A DNA stretch of 64,000 bases. Source: an uncultured Methanoregulaceae archaeon (GTDB lineage Archaea; Halobacteriota; Methanomicrobia; Methanomicrobiales; Methanospirillaceae). The DNA lies in the NCBI GenBank assembly GCA_963717525.1, contig OY970343.1, positions 1,632,001 through 1,696,000 on the forward strand, given 5' to 3'. Positions within the stretch are counted from its first letter, which is position 1. Each line of letters opens with the position of its first letter. Positions 22,001 through 33,543 of the stretch are shown one piece after another. The position numbers and the translations under genes are program-made. Under the pieces are notes generated by a model, which did no database searches, had not been told where the DNA came from, and saw only the letters and a list, made by a program, of their open reading frames with translations.

Positions 22001-23620
22001 ATGGCATAGTACGTGAACTTGTCCGCTGCTGAAGTCGCGCTGGTACCGCCAGGTGTTGTGACCGTTATATCAACAGTACCCGCTGTACCGACCGGGGAAA
22101 CGGCGGTGATGCTGGTCGCTGAAACAACCGTATAACTCGTTGCAGCGGCGGTCCCGAATTTCACCGCTGTTACACCAGTAAACCCGGTACCGGTGATCGT
22201 GACCGTAGTGCCGCCGGCTACCGGTCCACCGGTCGGTGAGATGCTGGTGACGGTCGGGATGGGATCATACGTGAACTGGTCTGCTGCCGAGGTCGCGCTG
22301 GTACCGCCGGGTGTCGTGACCATTACATCAACCGTACCCGCTGTACCGGCAGGGGATTTTATGGTAAGTGTGGTAGACGAGGTCACGGACAAGGCGGTTC
22401 CGGCTGTGGTCCCGAACTTGACTGACGTCGCACCGGTAAACCCGGTTCCGGTCACCGTAACCGTGGTGCCACCGGCTACCGGTCCGGCTGCCGGTGAGAT
22501 GCCCGTTACTACCGGGACGGGATCATACGTGAACTGATCTGCTGCCGAGGTCGCGCTGGTACCGCCGGGCGTCGTGACCGTTACGTCAACAGTACCTGTC
22601 CCCGGCCGGAGAAACAGCAGTGATACTGGTCGCTGAAACAAAGGTATAACTTGTCGCAGGGGTGGACCCGAACGTCACGGCTGTTACTCCAGTAAACTTG
22701 GTACCAGTGACCGTGACCGTGGTACCACCAGTCAACGGTCCGCTGGTCGGGTTGATTTTAGTTACGGTCGGGGCGGCAATGTACGTGAACTTGTCCGCTG
22801 CTGAAGTGACGCTGGTGCCCGAAGGTGTCGTGACCGTTACATCAACAGTACCCGCTGTCCCGGCCGGGGAAACGGCGGTGATGCTGGTCGCTGAATTAAC
22901 AACATAACTTGTTGCAGCAGTGGTCCCGAACGTCACGGCCGTTGCTCCGGTAAACCCGGTCCCGGTCACCGTGACCGTGGTACCACCGGCTGCCGGCCCG
23001 CTGGTCGGTGAGATGCTGGTGACGGTCGGGGCATACGTGAACTGATCTGATGCTGAAGTCGCGCTGGTTCCGCCTGGCGTGGTGACCGTGATATCAACCG
23101 TACCTGTCCCGGCAGGCGATTTTATGGTAAGAGTGGTGGACGAGGTCACGGACAAGGCGGTACCGGCGGTGGTCCCGAACTTGACTGACGTCGCACCGGT
23201 AAACCCCGTGCCGGTTACCGTAACCGTAGTACCACCGGCTGCCGGCCCGAAGGTCGGTGAGATGCCCGTCACAGTCGGGACGGGATCATACGTGAACTGG
23301 TCTGCTGCCGAAGTCGCGCTGGTACCTGAAGGCGTTGTGACCGTAATATTGACAGTACCTGTCCCGGTCGGAGAGATAGCAGTGATTTTGGTCGCTGAAC
23401 CAACGGTGTAACTCGTCGCAGCGGTGGTCCCGAACATCACGGCCGTTGCTCCAGTAAACCCGGTCCCGGTGACCGTGACCGTGGTACCACCGATCAACGG
23501 TCCGCTGGTCGGCAAGATACCGGTGACCGTCGGGGCTGCAGCAGATGCCGGACCTGCCATGGCAAAAAGAAAAACGATTGCAATAAAAAAAAATATAAAA
23601 GATGGCAGCGGTCGGTTCAT
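16084..23620 (-). CDS. Giant IPT/TIG-repeat cell-surface glycoprotein with PGF-pre-PGF domain and archaeosortase-type C-terminal anchor (~2500 aa; frameshifts near 22600, 20860, 20555, 16920)
   Basis: Signal peptide at 23620; repeated PTVTGISPxxGPxAGGTTVTITGTGF..VDVTVTTPGGTS; YFTATTPGLSSFAI; TPLG + TM + RRK. Confidence 0.88.
16885..23545 (-). repeat. Intragenic tandem array of ~26 IPT/TIG units (~255 bp each)
   Basis: Periodic motif recurrence; near-identical 513-bp tandem duplication (19031 vs 19544); count estimated from span divided by unit length. Confidence 0.9.
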
Positions 23621-24016
23621 CTTCTTAATAGTCCTATAACATAAACTGCCTCTATATAAAAGGACTTCTCATATAAATTTATTCCAGGAAATATAACTAA
23701 CTTTCTCTTTTACACTTACCTGAAGGAGCATTTTTTGCAAATGCACAAGTCTCCGGAATTCCAGTAGTTTATGGGATTATAACCTCATTTATCCGGGGTT
23801 TTTTGTTATACGCGTAAATATCCTGTCGTAAATGAGGAAAACATCCGTTCCTGTCAGCATTTTTTTATGTTTTTCCTGATCCGCAACAGGGGCTTCATGC
23901 CGGGGTATACCCCCTCGTTGTCCTGACGGGCTCGCGCAACAAATCCGTCTTATAGGAATACCCCCTGCCAATTTTCTTTTGAAAAACAACCGCGGGGTAC
24001 CCCTGCCGTTACCAGA

Positions 24017-24295
24017 TCACGGGCAGTAGCAGAGCCCGTTATCCGGAGTGGCGATTGGGGTGAGCGTTACCGATACCACGGGCTCCATGGGGCAGTTGCA
24101 GATTATTCGCGGGGGAGGCACGAGGCCCGTCGTGTTCGTGTTTTCTGTACCCGGGGTGACCGCGGGGCTTACCACCGGTGGAGCCGTGGGCACCGTGGCC
24201 TGCGCCCCGGGAGTGTTCACGCATGCGCATGTACACAGCGAGAGCATAACCAAGGCGGCGAGAATCAGGAAGTGGGGTGTCGTTCTCAGGTTCAT
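24017..24295 (-). CDS. Small Cys-rich secreted peptide or lipoprotein
   Basis: Hydrophobic signal ending LCTCAC, Pro/Thr linker, CNCP and terminal CYCP. Confidence 0.55.
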   Translation of the reverse strand: MNLRTTPHFLILAALVMLSLCTCACVNTPGAQATVPTAPPVVSPAVTPGTENTNTTGLVPPPRIICNCPMEPVVSVTLTPIATPDNGLCYCP

Positions 24296-24414
24296 CGGTA
24301 TCATCCTGATATGACAGGAGCATAGGGACATGGTTGCTCACTACCCTGTCGATGGTGAATTTAATGAATTGCCTGCATGGTATGGGGATTTAGAGCGGAT
24401 GTTCCTGAGCCCGA

Positions 24415-27409
24415 TTATTTATTCATCTTCAGGTCAACACGCCGGTACGCGACTTTTGGCACCATCATCTCAAACCTAGCTCCCTTCCCGGGTTCGCCGG
24501 TCTCCCGGATGGAGATTCCGGTGATAGCAAGAATTTCCCGGGCAAGGAACAACCCCATCCCGGTGTTTTTGCCAAACTCCCTTTCAAAGATTTTCTCTTT
24601 TTCTTGTGCAGGTACGCCATCACCATCATCTTCGCACACCATACGATGACTGCCGTCGCTTTCATCAGCAGAGAACCGGATAGTGGTAATTTTCCCGCCA
24701 TGCCGTACCGCATTGTCCATTAAATTATGAAAGACCCTGGCTATCAGAGGATCGGCAAATATTTCCACGCCGGCAGGGATGTCATTTTTTATAACAACCT
24801 GTCCGAGCGGGGTCTGGATTGCTGCGTGCTCTACAAGCGCATGGCAGTCATGCCAGGCCGGGGCATTGACACCGATGTTCTCGTATTCTTTCGTGAATTC
24901 GATTATGGTGGAGATGCGGATTACAGCGTTTGTCGCCTTCTGGAGACACTCATTGAGTGAGAGTTCGGAGTGCTTCATTTCAAGAATGGTGAGGTACCCC
25001 CGAAGCACCGAAAGCTGGTTGTTGATATCATGACGGGTGACACTGGAGAGCAGGTTGAGCTTCTTGTTAGCGAGAAGGAGTGCTTCCTCTGTCCGTTTTT
25101 GCTCAGTAATATCCCGGACCATCCCTATCACACCGATGATCGTGCCATGGGCATCGTGGTTAGGGGAGAATATGCTCTTTGCCCACCCTTTTTTGCCTGT
25201 GGCCCGGATGACAAATTCGAAATCGGACGACGCCCCAACATTGCCTTCCAGTGCCTGCATCATCAGGAGATCGTTCCCTATTTCCTTGTGGAACGGGAAG
25301 AGGTCGAGCGCGTTTTCACCCACCACATCTGCTGCCATAAGGCCGGTCATATCTTCCATGAACCGGTTCCAGAGCCTTATATTCAGATCCCGATCATATA
25401 CGATGATTCCCTCCTTTGCTCCGGTGATTACCGTGCGCAGGAACTCTTCAGACTCCCTGATCTTCTCCTCGCTTTCCCGGAGTGCAGCCACGGCTTTTTT
25501 CCGTGTGGTGATATCCCGGAAGGTGACCTGGACAGACGGGATGCCATGGTATTCGACCGGCATTGCCGCAACATCAACGTCAATCGATGACCCGTCCAGC
25601 CGGAGAAATTTTTCTTCCAGAAGATTTACAAGTTGACTTTTTTCAGTCATTATCTGAACGCGTTCGGAGACAATCCCCCGGTAATCCGGGTGGACAAATT
25701 CCAGTACCGAATGGCCTAAAATATTTTCGGAACGATGAGCACCGAGCATACTGACACTGGCAGGGTTTGCATAAACAATCCGGCCTGAGGCATGCAAAAT
25801 AACAGCATCCGGAGAGCGTTCTACCAGCAGGCGGTACCGCTCCTCGCTCTCCCTGAGATCCCTCTCACTTTTTACGAGTGTCTCATATTGCGCCCGCAAT
25901 TCTTCTTCGGCCGCTGCAAGCTGTTCGTACGCTGCCTTGACCTCGTTCTCTGTCGATTTCCGTTCAGTAATATCAATCCCCTGCAACAGCATGTAGCGAC
26001 AATTGCCCAGCTGGATGCAGCTCCCCGGAAAAAAGAAATGTGTGGATTGAACCGGTCTTGCTCCGGAGCTGGAGCTCCACATCTCGTATTTTACCATCTT
26101 TGCAGACAGCCTGCAGGAGAGTATCCCGGTCTTCGTAATGAACAAACATCCCGAGATCCTTTGCAGTTTTCCCAATAATTTCATCCCGGGAAAAACCGGA
26201 CACATTCACTGCCGCATCATTAACTTCGATAAATGCATTGGTTTCAAGGTTGGATATGATCGAGACTGCAGGACTCCGGTAAAATACCGATGAAAACTTC
26301 TTTTCATTCTCTTTTCGTGATGTGATATCCCGCATCTGGACGATAATATGCTTTTTCCCGTGCCAGTTTATGGGGGCAGCTGCCGTCTCCCCATCGAAGC
26401 GCGTCCCATCTTTTTTAATTGCAATAATATCGATAGTACCTTTAAATCCACGCTGTCCCCAATGAAAAATTGCGTCACGGGATTCAGGAGTCATCATAAA
26501 ATCAAAACCGTTCCGGCCAACAATCTCTTCTTGTGTGTAGCCGAACATTGCGGCGAATTGCGGGTTGCAGTCCACAATAACACCCTTATCATGGATCATA
26601 ACTCCTTCCAGAGATACATCCGCAAGAGTCCGGAACCTCATCTCACTCTCAAGCAGTTCCTTCTCTGCTTTTTTGCGTTCAGATATATCAATAAAGGATT
26701 CCAACAGGACGTTCCTGTTATCGATTTGTATCGGGACGACGGTCTTGATAACAGGTATTTGCGATCCATCTTTTTTGATGAGGATCCGCTCTGAAGAGTT
26801 AACCGTCTGGCCGAGATCCGTTACCGGGCATTTTCCCTCTTCTGAGGGACATATGAATTTATGACATATGGTACCGGTAACCTCGTTTTCTGACGCGCTT
26901 AGAAGCTCCAGTGCCTTAGAGTTTGACTGAATTATTTTATGCGACCCGGCATCCACGAGAATAATGCCGACCTGGGCTGAGTTGAGGATGGTGCTCAGTC
27001 GCTCTTCACTAATGCGGACAGCCTTTTCCATCAGTCTTCTCTGGATGGCCTGGCGGATCTTGTGGGAGAGCTCGGCAAATTGGGGTTTTGGGTCACCGCC
27101 TTTCTGAAGGTAAAAGTCAGCGCCTTCATTTAATGCCTGTATGACAACTTCTTCATGTCCCCGTCCGGTGAACAGGATAAAGGGAACCTTATTCCCCGAA
27201 TTCCTGACCTTCTTTAAAAATTCAATGCCATCCATCTCAGGCATCTGGTAATCAGCGATGACGGCATCGTAGGTCCGGGTATTCAGGAGCGATAGTGCCG
27301 ATGTGACGGAGGGTTCGGTGTCGACGCTGAACTGACCGCTCCGCTCAAGGTACAGCTTAACGATCTCGAGAAGGGCTGATTCATTATCAACATAAAGAAT
27401 GCGATAAAT
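24415..27409 (-). CDS. Hybrid REC-multi-PAS histidine kinase; frameshift ~26020; no canonical start codon seen
   Basis: IYRILYVDNE..DYQMPEMDG receiver, several PAS domains, TRHDINNQL H-box, NAVRHG, GMGLF. Confidence 0.85.
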
Positions 27410-27777
27410 GAAGATCCCTCAATATAGTATCCCTATCCTCTAAATTCTAAATAAAACTACCCTACTCTACAATTATGTTCATTTTCATCGCCCGAACCCC
27501 CAATCCTGAGGGATCAAAAGTGTGTTCTGATGCCCTCCCGTGACTTTTGATATTTGATAAAGACAGGTGATCGGCAAGAGAGAAATGCCAATAAAAAGCA
27601 TAGTGGATCGTGCGGTGCATGGCCCCATGGCCACGATGACTTATCTTAGAGTAATCAGCACTGCAGGCGGTAATCCATACGTATGTTTTAAAAATATAAA
27701 TGATACTTTTGTAATACTTAAAGACTATTTCGTGTTATTAATAGCATTTTTATATTAATTAAACAAATTTTAGAGTA

Positions 27778-28074
27778 ATGGTGGAAAAGGATCCCGCAAG
27801 TCGTGGGGAGCGTGTGGCAATCTCCTACAAAATGCCTCCCAATATCTATGAAAAGCTCAATAAACTCGTGTATGAGGAAAAGAAATTCACTACGATCTCC
27901 GACTGCATCACGCAGGCTTTGGCATCCTTCGTCGATGATCACCACGATGTGGAACACATCAAAGAAGAGTTTAAGGGCTACATATCATCTGAGGAGGGGC
28001 GGGATCTCATGAGAATCTTATTGAAAGATGTGATGCTGGATATGTTATCCAACCAGAAGATCGATCCAAAGTAA
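27778..28074 (+). CDS. Ribbon-helix-helix (CopG-like) DNA-binding protein
   Basis: RVAISYKMPPNIYEKLNKLV..FTTISDCITQAL strand-helix-helix pattern. Confidence 0.6.
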   Translation: MVEKDPASRGERVAISYKMPPNIYEKLNKLVYEEKKFTTISDCITQALASFVDDHHDVEHIKEEFKGYISSEEGRDLMRILLKDVMLDMLSNQKIDPK

Positions 28075-28269
28075 TGCAAGAGTAATCCATAGAGAACAAA
28101 CTACCCTCTCCGCCATTTTCATCGGTTTAATACCGCTCTGCCCAGGTCGCATTGGCCATTGTTCCGATGATCGCGGTCTGGCCCCTGGTTTACCGGTTCA
28201 CGGGTCCTGACGCTTGTCGGGGCTTTTATAAGAATTACTAACCCTGCGACATCAGACAGTAATCCTGGT

Positions 28270-29547
28270 TGTACTAACCTGCAGGTTCGATCAATTCACC
28301 CGGGCCATCCATGGAATATATACTCCCCCGCCCGTGACATGTGGGACATACAAATGTAAAGCTTGGAGAACATGTATGTCCCAACTTGTTATAGAAACTG
28401 ACGCGATCAAAAAAGCAGTACTCTACTTTTTTGCTATCGCAGGTATCGCAATCATCGGTTGCGTTATGGGGATGAACATCGTGGATCATTACAGCAACCT
28501 GCAGGCGCAACAAACGGTTGCTCCTGTGGTTGCTACACCAACCCCGGCTCCCGCACCAACCGTCGCACAGGCACTGTACCCTACCGTCATTGAATTTACG
28601 GTGCTGTCAACGACCATCGCGAACGGGCATTATACCGTTTACACAACCACCGGGCAAACCGTATACATGCCGGATTTCTATTCGTGGAATTCTTTGCTGC
28701 CGCAAAACACATACTCCGCAACTATCACCGGGGCCGAGGCCAATGGTGCGCTTGATGCAGGTACGGTAAACCTGATCTCTCTCCATTATCCGACGGCTAT
28801 CGGCCAGTTAAATTCTTATCCGGTCTACTATTACTATAACGGGATGTACTACCAGTACGATGGCCATTCCAGTACCCAGGTGGCGCAAAAGGAAGTTACC
28901 GGGCAGAGAGTGATAGAAGGACAGCCACCCAATGTGATTATTGAATGATCCAACCCTTTTTCTCTTACTTTTACTCTGTCTGATCCGCAAATCCCGGGGC
29001 CAGGCCACGCGACCGTAACGAACCGGGCGATCTTCCTTTTTTTCATAGTACTAACCTGCAGGTTCAATCACATCACCCGGGCCATCCATGGAATATATGC
29101 CAGTCGCCTCGTGAGATGTGAGACATACAAATGTAAAGCCTGGAGAACATTTATGTCCCAACTTGTTATAGAAACGGATACGATCAAAAAAGGAGCACTC
29201 TACTTTTTTGCTATCGTGGGCATCGTAATTATCGGATGCATAATGGGGATGAACATCGTGGATCATTTCAGCAGCCTGGAGGCACAACAAACAGTTGCCC
29301 CTGTGGCTGCAACACCAACCCCGGCTCCCGCGCCAACAATCGCACAGGAAACGTACCCGGCTAACTTGGATTTTACGGTGCTGTCAGCCACCGCAGCCAA
29401 TGGGCATTATACCGTTTACACAACCACCGGGCAGACCTTATACCTGCCGGATTTCAATTCCTGGAATTCCATGCTCCCGCAGGACTCCTACTCTGCAACT
29501 ATTACCGGGGCGGAGACGAACGGAGCGCTGGATGTGGGGGCAGTAAA
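28270..29547 (+). repeat. Direct duplication of ~500 bp (28270-28770 vs 29047-29547) covering the promoter and 5' gene part
   Basis: GTACTAACCTGCAGGTTC..CACCCGGGCCATCCATGGAATATA..ATGTCCCAACTTGTTATAGAAAC present in both copies, offset 777. Confidence 0.9.
28376..28948 (+). CDS. Membrane-anchored extracellular protein, paralog 1
   Basis: N-terminal TM, P/T linker, one copy of the EFTVLS..TTTGQT..DFxSWNSLLPQ domain. Confidence 0.75.
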   Translation: MSQLVIETDAIKKAVLYFFAIAGIAIIGCVMGMNIVDHYSNLQAQQTVAPVVATPTPAPAPTVAQALYPTVIEFTVLSTTIANGHYTVYTTTGQTVYMPDFYSWNSLLPQNTYSATITGAEANGALDAGTVNLISLHYPTAIGQLNSYPVYYYYNGMYYQYDGHSSTQVAQKEVTGQRVIEGQPPNVIIE

Positions 29548-30142
29548 TCGTGCATCCTTTACGGTTACGGTTCCCGCGTTAACAGGAGCAGTTCAGGTAT
29601 CACAATACCCCTATCTCACAGAATTTACGGTTCTTTCGACCACGATGGCGAACGGCTATTATGAGGTATTGACAACCACCGGGCAAACCCTGTACATGGC
29701 GGATTTCAATTCCTGGAATTCTTTGCTCCCGCAGGACACCTATTCTGCTACTATTATCGGGGCAGAGGCTGATGGTGCGCTGGATGTCGGGACGCTCAAT
29801 GGCGGTACAGTGAATCCGGATTCCCAGGAGATTTATTCAACGACTGCATACCAGTCATCTTACCCGGTATCCTCCTCAGTGAGTGGAGCGATGGCGTTAC
29901 CCCAGACCTGGACCCTCCTTGGCTTATCGCATACCGGCACCATCACGCTGAACCCGGATGGCACCGGCTCGGCAACGATTGATAATTACCCGACGATCAC
30001 GTTCCCGTACAAGATGGCAGCAGATGGCACGGATGGTATTGCGTCGTACAGGTTCTGGTCGGTCCCGTTCAGGTACGATCCGGTCAATGATGTGATTACT
30101 TCGTCGAATTACCCGGGTGCCGAACTCGTACCAACGGGATAA
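29153..30142 (+). CDS. Membrane-anchored extracellular protein, paralog 2
   Basis: Same N-terminus as paralog 1, two copies of the domain, different C-terminus. Confidence 0.75.
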   Translation: MSQLVIETDTIKKGALYFFAIVGIVIIGCIMGMNIVDHFSSLEAQQTVAPVAATPTPAPAPTIAQETYPANLDFTVLSATAANGHYTVYTTTGQTLYLPDFNSWNSMLPQDSYSATITGAETNGALDVGAVNRASFTVTVPALTGAVQVSQYPYLTEFTVLSTTMANGYYEVLTTTGQTLYMADFNSWNSLLPQDTYSATIIGAEADGALDVGTLNGGTVNPDSQEIYSTTAYQSSYPVSSSVSGAMALPQTWTLLGLSHTGTITLNPDGTGSATIDNYPTITFPYKMAADGTDGIASYRFWSVPFRYDPVNDVITSSNYPGAELVPTG

Positions 30143-30167
30143 AAATCTTATTTTAAAAAAGGAAACG

Positions 30168-30817
30168 TTATTCGCTGTCCTGCGGCGCCTGTTCAAGGTA
30201 GAACACATCGGTCGCATACGAATGGATGGTGCCATTGGTGGTGGCTGCATCGACATCAGCCTGCTCATACTGCTGATCAGGTGCTGCGGGAGCGTCGCGT
30301 ACTGCGGGTCGAGCGTATAATCCCGGATAATGTCGGGAGCGCCCGAATTCCCGGCGTAACTCACCTTCACGAGATAGTGAGCGTTCCCCAGCGCCGACCA
30401 TGTCCCCGATCCGGATACAGTAGGCGACGGGATCTTGACGTTTCCGGAAACGGTGACTATATTCCCTGCCTTGTAGATGACGGTGCCGTCGGGATAAAAC
30501 TGGAATTCATAGCCGGTGACCCCATCGGCGTTCTGCCGGATCCAGCGGTGGAGGATCGGGTCGGGTGCAGCCGTGGTCGCGGTCGTTACGACGACCATTG
30601 TCGGGGGAGCAGTGTACGGCTGGCTGGAGCATGACATCGTCTGCGGGTTCCAGTAACAGTTGGGAGCGGTTGGCGCCGGGGTGACAGTCACGGTGACATA
30701 AATAACCTGCGGGGTCGGCGTGGCTGGTGTGCCCGATGAACCTGTACCGGTGCACCCCGCCGCGAGGATCACCACAATACAGGCAATAAGGAGGATAAGA
30801 ACGGGGGATATTTTCAT
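30168..30817 (-). CDS. Lipoprotein of unknown function; frameshift ~30270
   Basis: LAAGC lipobox, P/T linker, DPILHRW..YEFQFYPDG beta domain; continues YEQADVDAA..FYLEQA in another frame. Confidence 0.7.
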
Positions 30818-30991
30818 ACGTTTCTCTGGTCTTTCAGGACACTATAATCGTTGTGATCTGATCACCGGTTTGTCACTCCTGTGGATTTTTTCACTGCGTT
30901 TTTTGGCAGGAGAGACAGGAAAAGGCCGGACTGGGATCATTGGCAAAACTCCCGTGGATCCGGGAATCCAAAAAAATAAGTACAGGCCTTT

Positions 30992-31950
30992 TCACTTTCT
31001 GAAACGCGTGAGGATATAACTTGTCAGGGTCTTCCCGCTGATATTGCGGGTGGAGGCATCCACCCGGATAAAGAAGAACTCTTCGTTGCCGGTATCGACA
31101 AAGACCGGCTTGTCAGCCGGCAGGATATGCACATGGCAGAGTGTTTTTTCCGAGAGAACCGGGAAGGTGATGTGGATTAACCGGCTCGCTGTTTCATAGA
31201 TCTCGGGAATATATCGCCGGATTACCGAGTCGATCAGCATCCGCCGGTACCCATCCGGGTTCCGGTCTTTCTCCAGGAGCGGGAATAATCGTCCCCGATT
31301 CCCACCACCCGGATCACGTTGTTTACCCGGTCTTCCTCTATACCGATGATGAGGTCCCCGCCGCTGGAATTCAAAAACCCGGCAATAGACCGTGCGATAA
31401 TAAATTTCGAGGCATTGGTCCGGTATTTCCGCACTTCTGCCGATTCACTGGCATCCGCCTCCTCCTTCGAGAGCCTCGTGCTCCACAGGGCTTTGAATTT
31501 GAATTCAACCCGTTCACTTTCCCCGGCGGCGATCATCATCCGTACAGCGACAGCATCGTCTCCGGGCACGGTGATCTGGAGTGCATCCCGCTGTTTCACG
31601 ACATAGGAAGAAATAACGGCAATGCCGATGAACAGCAGCGCCTGGAAGACGACACCGCCCACGACAAACACATTCGGGGTAAGAAAATACACGGACACCA
31701 GCAGGTATGCGACAGCGCAGCTCCCGGCAACATAAATCCCGCGGGACGGGTAGAAATACGTGGCATACAGGATGGGGAAATAGAAGAGCTGCGGGACGAT
31801 TGAACCATATCCTGCCGCCATGGATATATACGTGACCCCGATGATAGAGGCAGTAATGGAGGCGATCACCCAGAACCTGATAAGATCGTTTTGCGTTATG
31901 CGGAACGTGTCCGGCAAATGGTATCCCGGGAAGGCGGGTGTCGGGTTCAT
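30992..31950 (-). CDS. 4-TM membrane domain fused to Schlafen/AlbA_2 domain; frameshift ~31270
   Basis: GESERVEFK, IAGFLNSSGGDLIIGIEED, C-terminal FFIRVDASTR..YILTRF. Confidence 0.8.
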
Positions 31951-32177
31951 TGGTGATGAGGGCTTTGTCCGGGAGGATAATAACCGTATCTACGGCCGGT
32001 GCTGCTCCGTTAACAGGACGCAACGAAAAAGACTCCGCCGGTATCAACACCAGTTAACGGGTTCCGGAATGCACCAGAACCCTTTTAAAAAACTCTTCAT
32101 CGGATCCGGCCAGGCATTCACCCGCCCGGCACGACCCGTATGAGGTTCTCCCGGGAGTGCACCCGTTGAAAAAAGTT

Positions 32178-32813
32178 TCAGGAGGAGCCGCCATTCCCGC
32201 GGTCATCGCGGATCTGCTGCCGGTTGTCCCGGATCTGTTCGCGGTCGGCACCATTGTCCTGCCGGAGCGAGGTGTCCTGCTGCTGGTTCGCGTTGATCTG
32301 GGACCAGTCCTGCTGGCTGGCGTTTCTCTCATCCTGTATGTCCTGGTGCGTTGCGGCATTACCCTGCCAGTCCTGGTGGATGTCGGCCCGGTCTGCTGCA
32401 ATCTGCTGCTCTTCGGCAGTCTGGTTGCCGGTGTCGTTTCTTATGTCCTGCCGGTCGGTGTGGATATCCTCGCGGTACCCGATGTCTGCGGACCGGTTTG
32501 CAAGATCGGATTGCTGGTCTGAGCGGACGGTGGCACGGTTCCCGAGGATATCCTGGAAGATGTTGAGGCTGTCCCACCAGTTCTGGTGGATATCCTGGTC
32601 GTTTGCGTGGATGTCCTGCGTGAGGTTCCGGTCATCGTGGCGCAGGCCGAATATGCCTTCAATCGAGCCGAGCGGGTCAAAAGCCGGCGGAGTGGCGATG
32701 GTCACGGTGGGCGTTACATTTACCTGCGAGGCGTCATCTGCACTCGCGGGGAGCACCAGCGCGATGAGGAGCACGGCGCAGATGCAGGGGATGGCAAGCA
32801 TTCTGAGGTTCAT
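32178..32813 (-). CDS. Secreted D/Q/R-rich coiled repeat protein
   Basis: Signal peptide; heptad-like DIxxDxQDI repeats. Confidence 0.65.
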   Translation of the reverse strand: MNLRMLAIPCICAVLLIALVLPASADDASQVNVTPTVTIATPPAFDPLGSIEGIFGLRHDDRNLTQDIHANDQDIHQNWWDSLNIFQDILGNRATVRSDQQSDLANRSADIGYREDIHTDRQDIRNDTGNQTAEEQQIAADRADIHQDWQGNAATHQDIQDERNASQQDWSQINANQQQDTSLRQDNGADREQIRDNRQQIRDDRGNGGSS

Positions 32814-33131
32814 GGTGTTTTCTCTCCTGATGAGTGGGGCCCGGTTTGGGGCTTCGCAATCAGTCGTTTTCCTGAATGTAATATATATTTGACAAATAGC
32901 CGGGGTGCTTCTCCAGAACCCGCGGGTTAGAAGAGTGATGGTAAAAGGTGGGAGGGAGAACTGGTGCGGATTTTTCCATCAGGTGTTCCGGGGCATCACT
33001 GGGAAAAAGGGAAGGCCGGGCCTCGCGGCATTACCGGTCATATCCGGAAGATACCTGAGAGCCCGGCATCCGGGATCTCCGGTGCGGTATGACCCTGATC
33101 AGGACCAGAGAGCCGGCCCGTCACCCGGCCA

Positions 33132-33374
33132 TCACGCCCGCAGCGTCCACCGCACGGTGATCGCGTGTGCGGGGCAGAAATCGTTGCACAAAAAACACAT
33201 GCAGCAGAGCTGGCTCTTCTCCGGGTACACACCGTCCCCTTTGATCGACACAAAGACGCCCATCGAGCAGAGGTCTACGCACCGGTGTTTTGCATGGCAA
33301 TGGCGGGACCGGCTGCAGAGGTCCGGATCGACGTACACCTCAGTCCCTACCGTTGTTGCGGGTCCGACTTCCAC
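33132..33374 (-). CDS. 4Fe-4S dicluster ferredoxin
   Basis: CCMCFLCNDFCP and CxxxxxCxxxxxCxxxC motifs. Confidence 0.8.
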   Translation of the reverse strand: MEVGPATTVGTEVYVDPDLCSRSRHCHAKHRCVDLCSMGVFVSIKGDGVYPEKSQLCCMCFLCNDFCPAHAITVRWTLRA

Positions 33375-33543
33375 GAAAGAGCACCTGTTACCCGGGCCCG
33401 GCGGGAGACCGCACCCGGCTTTCTTTCTGAATTATTCGGTTATTTATTATAAATACTGATATTATCCGTACCTGCCGCACGAGACCTGCCGGGAGTACAC
33501 GGTGCCAAAAAAGGAGAGTTTGAGAGGGGCCTTCGCAGCCGCC

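Noticed and set aside
16885..23545. Periodic repeats as a CRISPR array, and the many + strand ORFs over them
   Set aside because: The units are ~255-bp coding domains without unique spacers; the + strand ORFs are antisense shadows.
28275..28300. GCAGGTTCGATC as a tRNA T-arm or attachment site
   Set aside because: No complementary T-stem or cloverleaf; it is part of the duplicated promoter palindrome.
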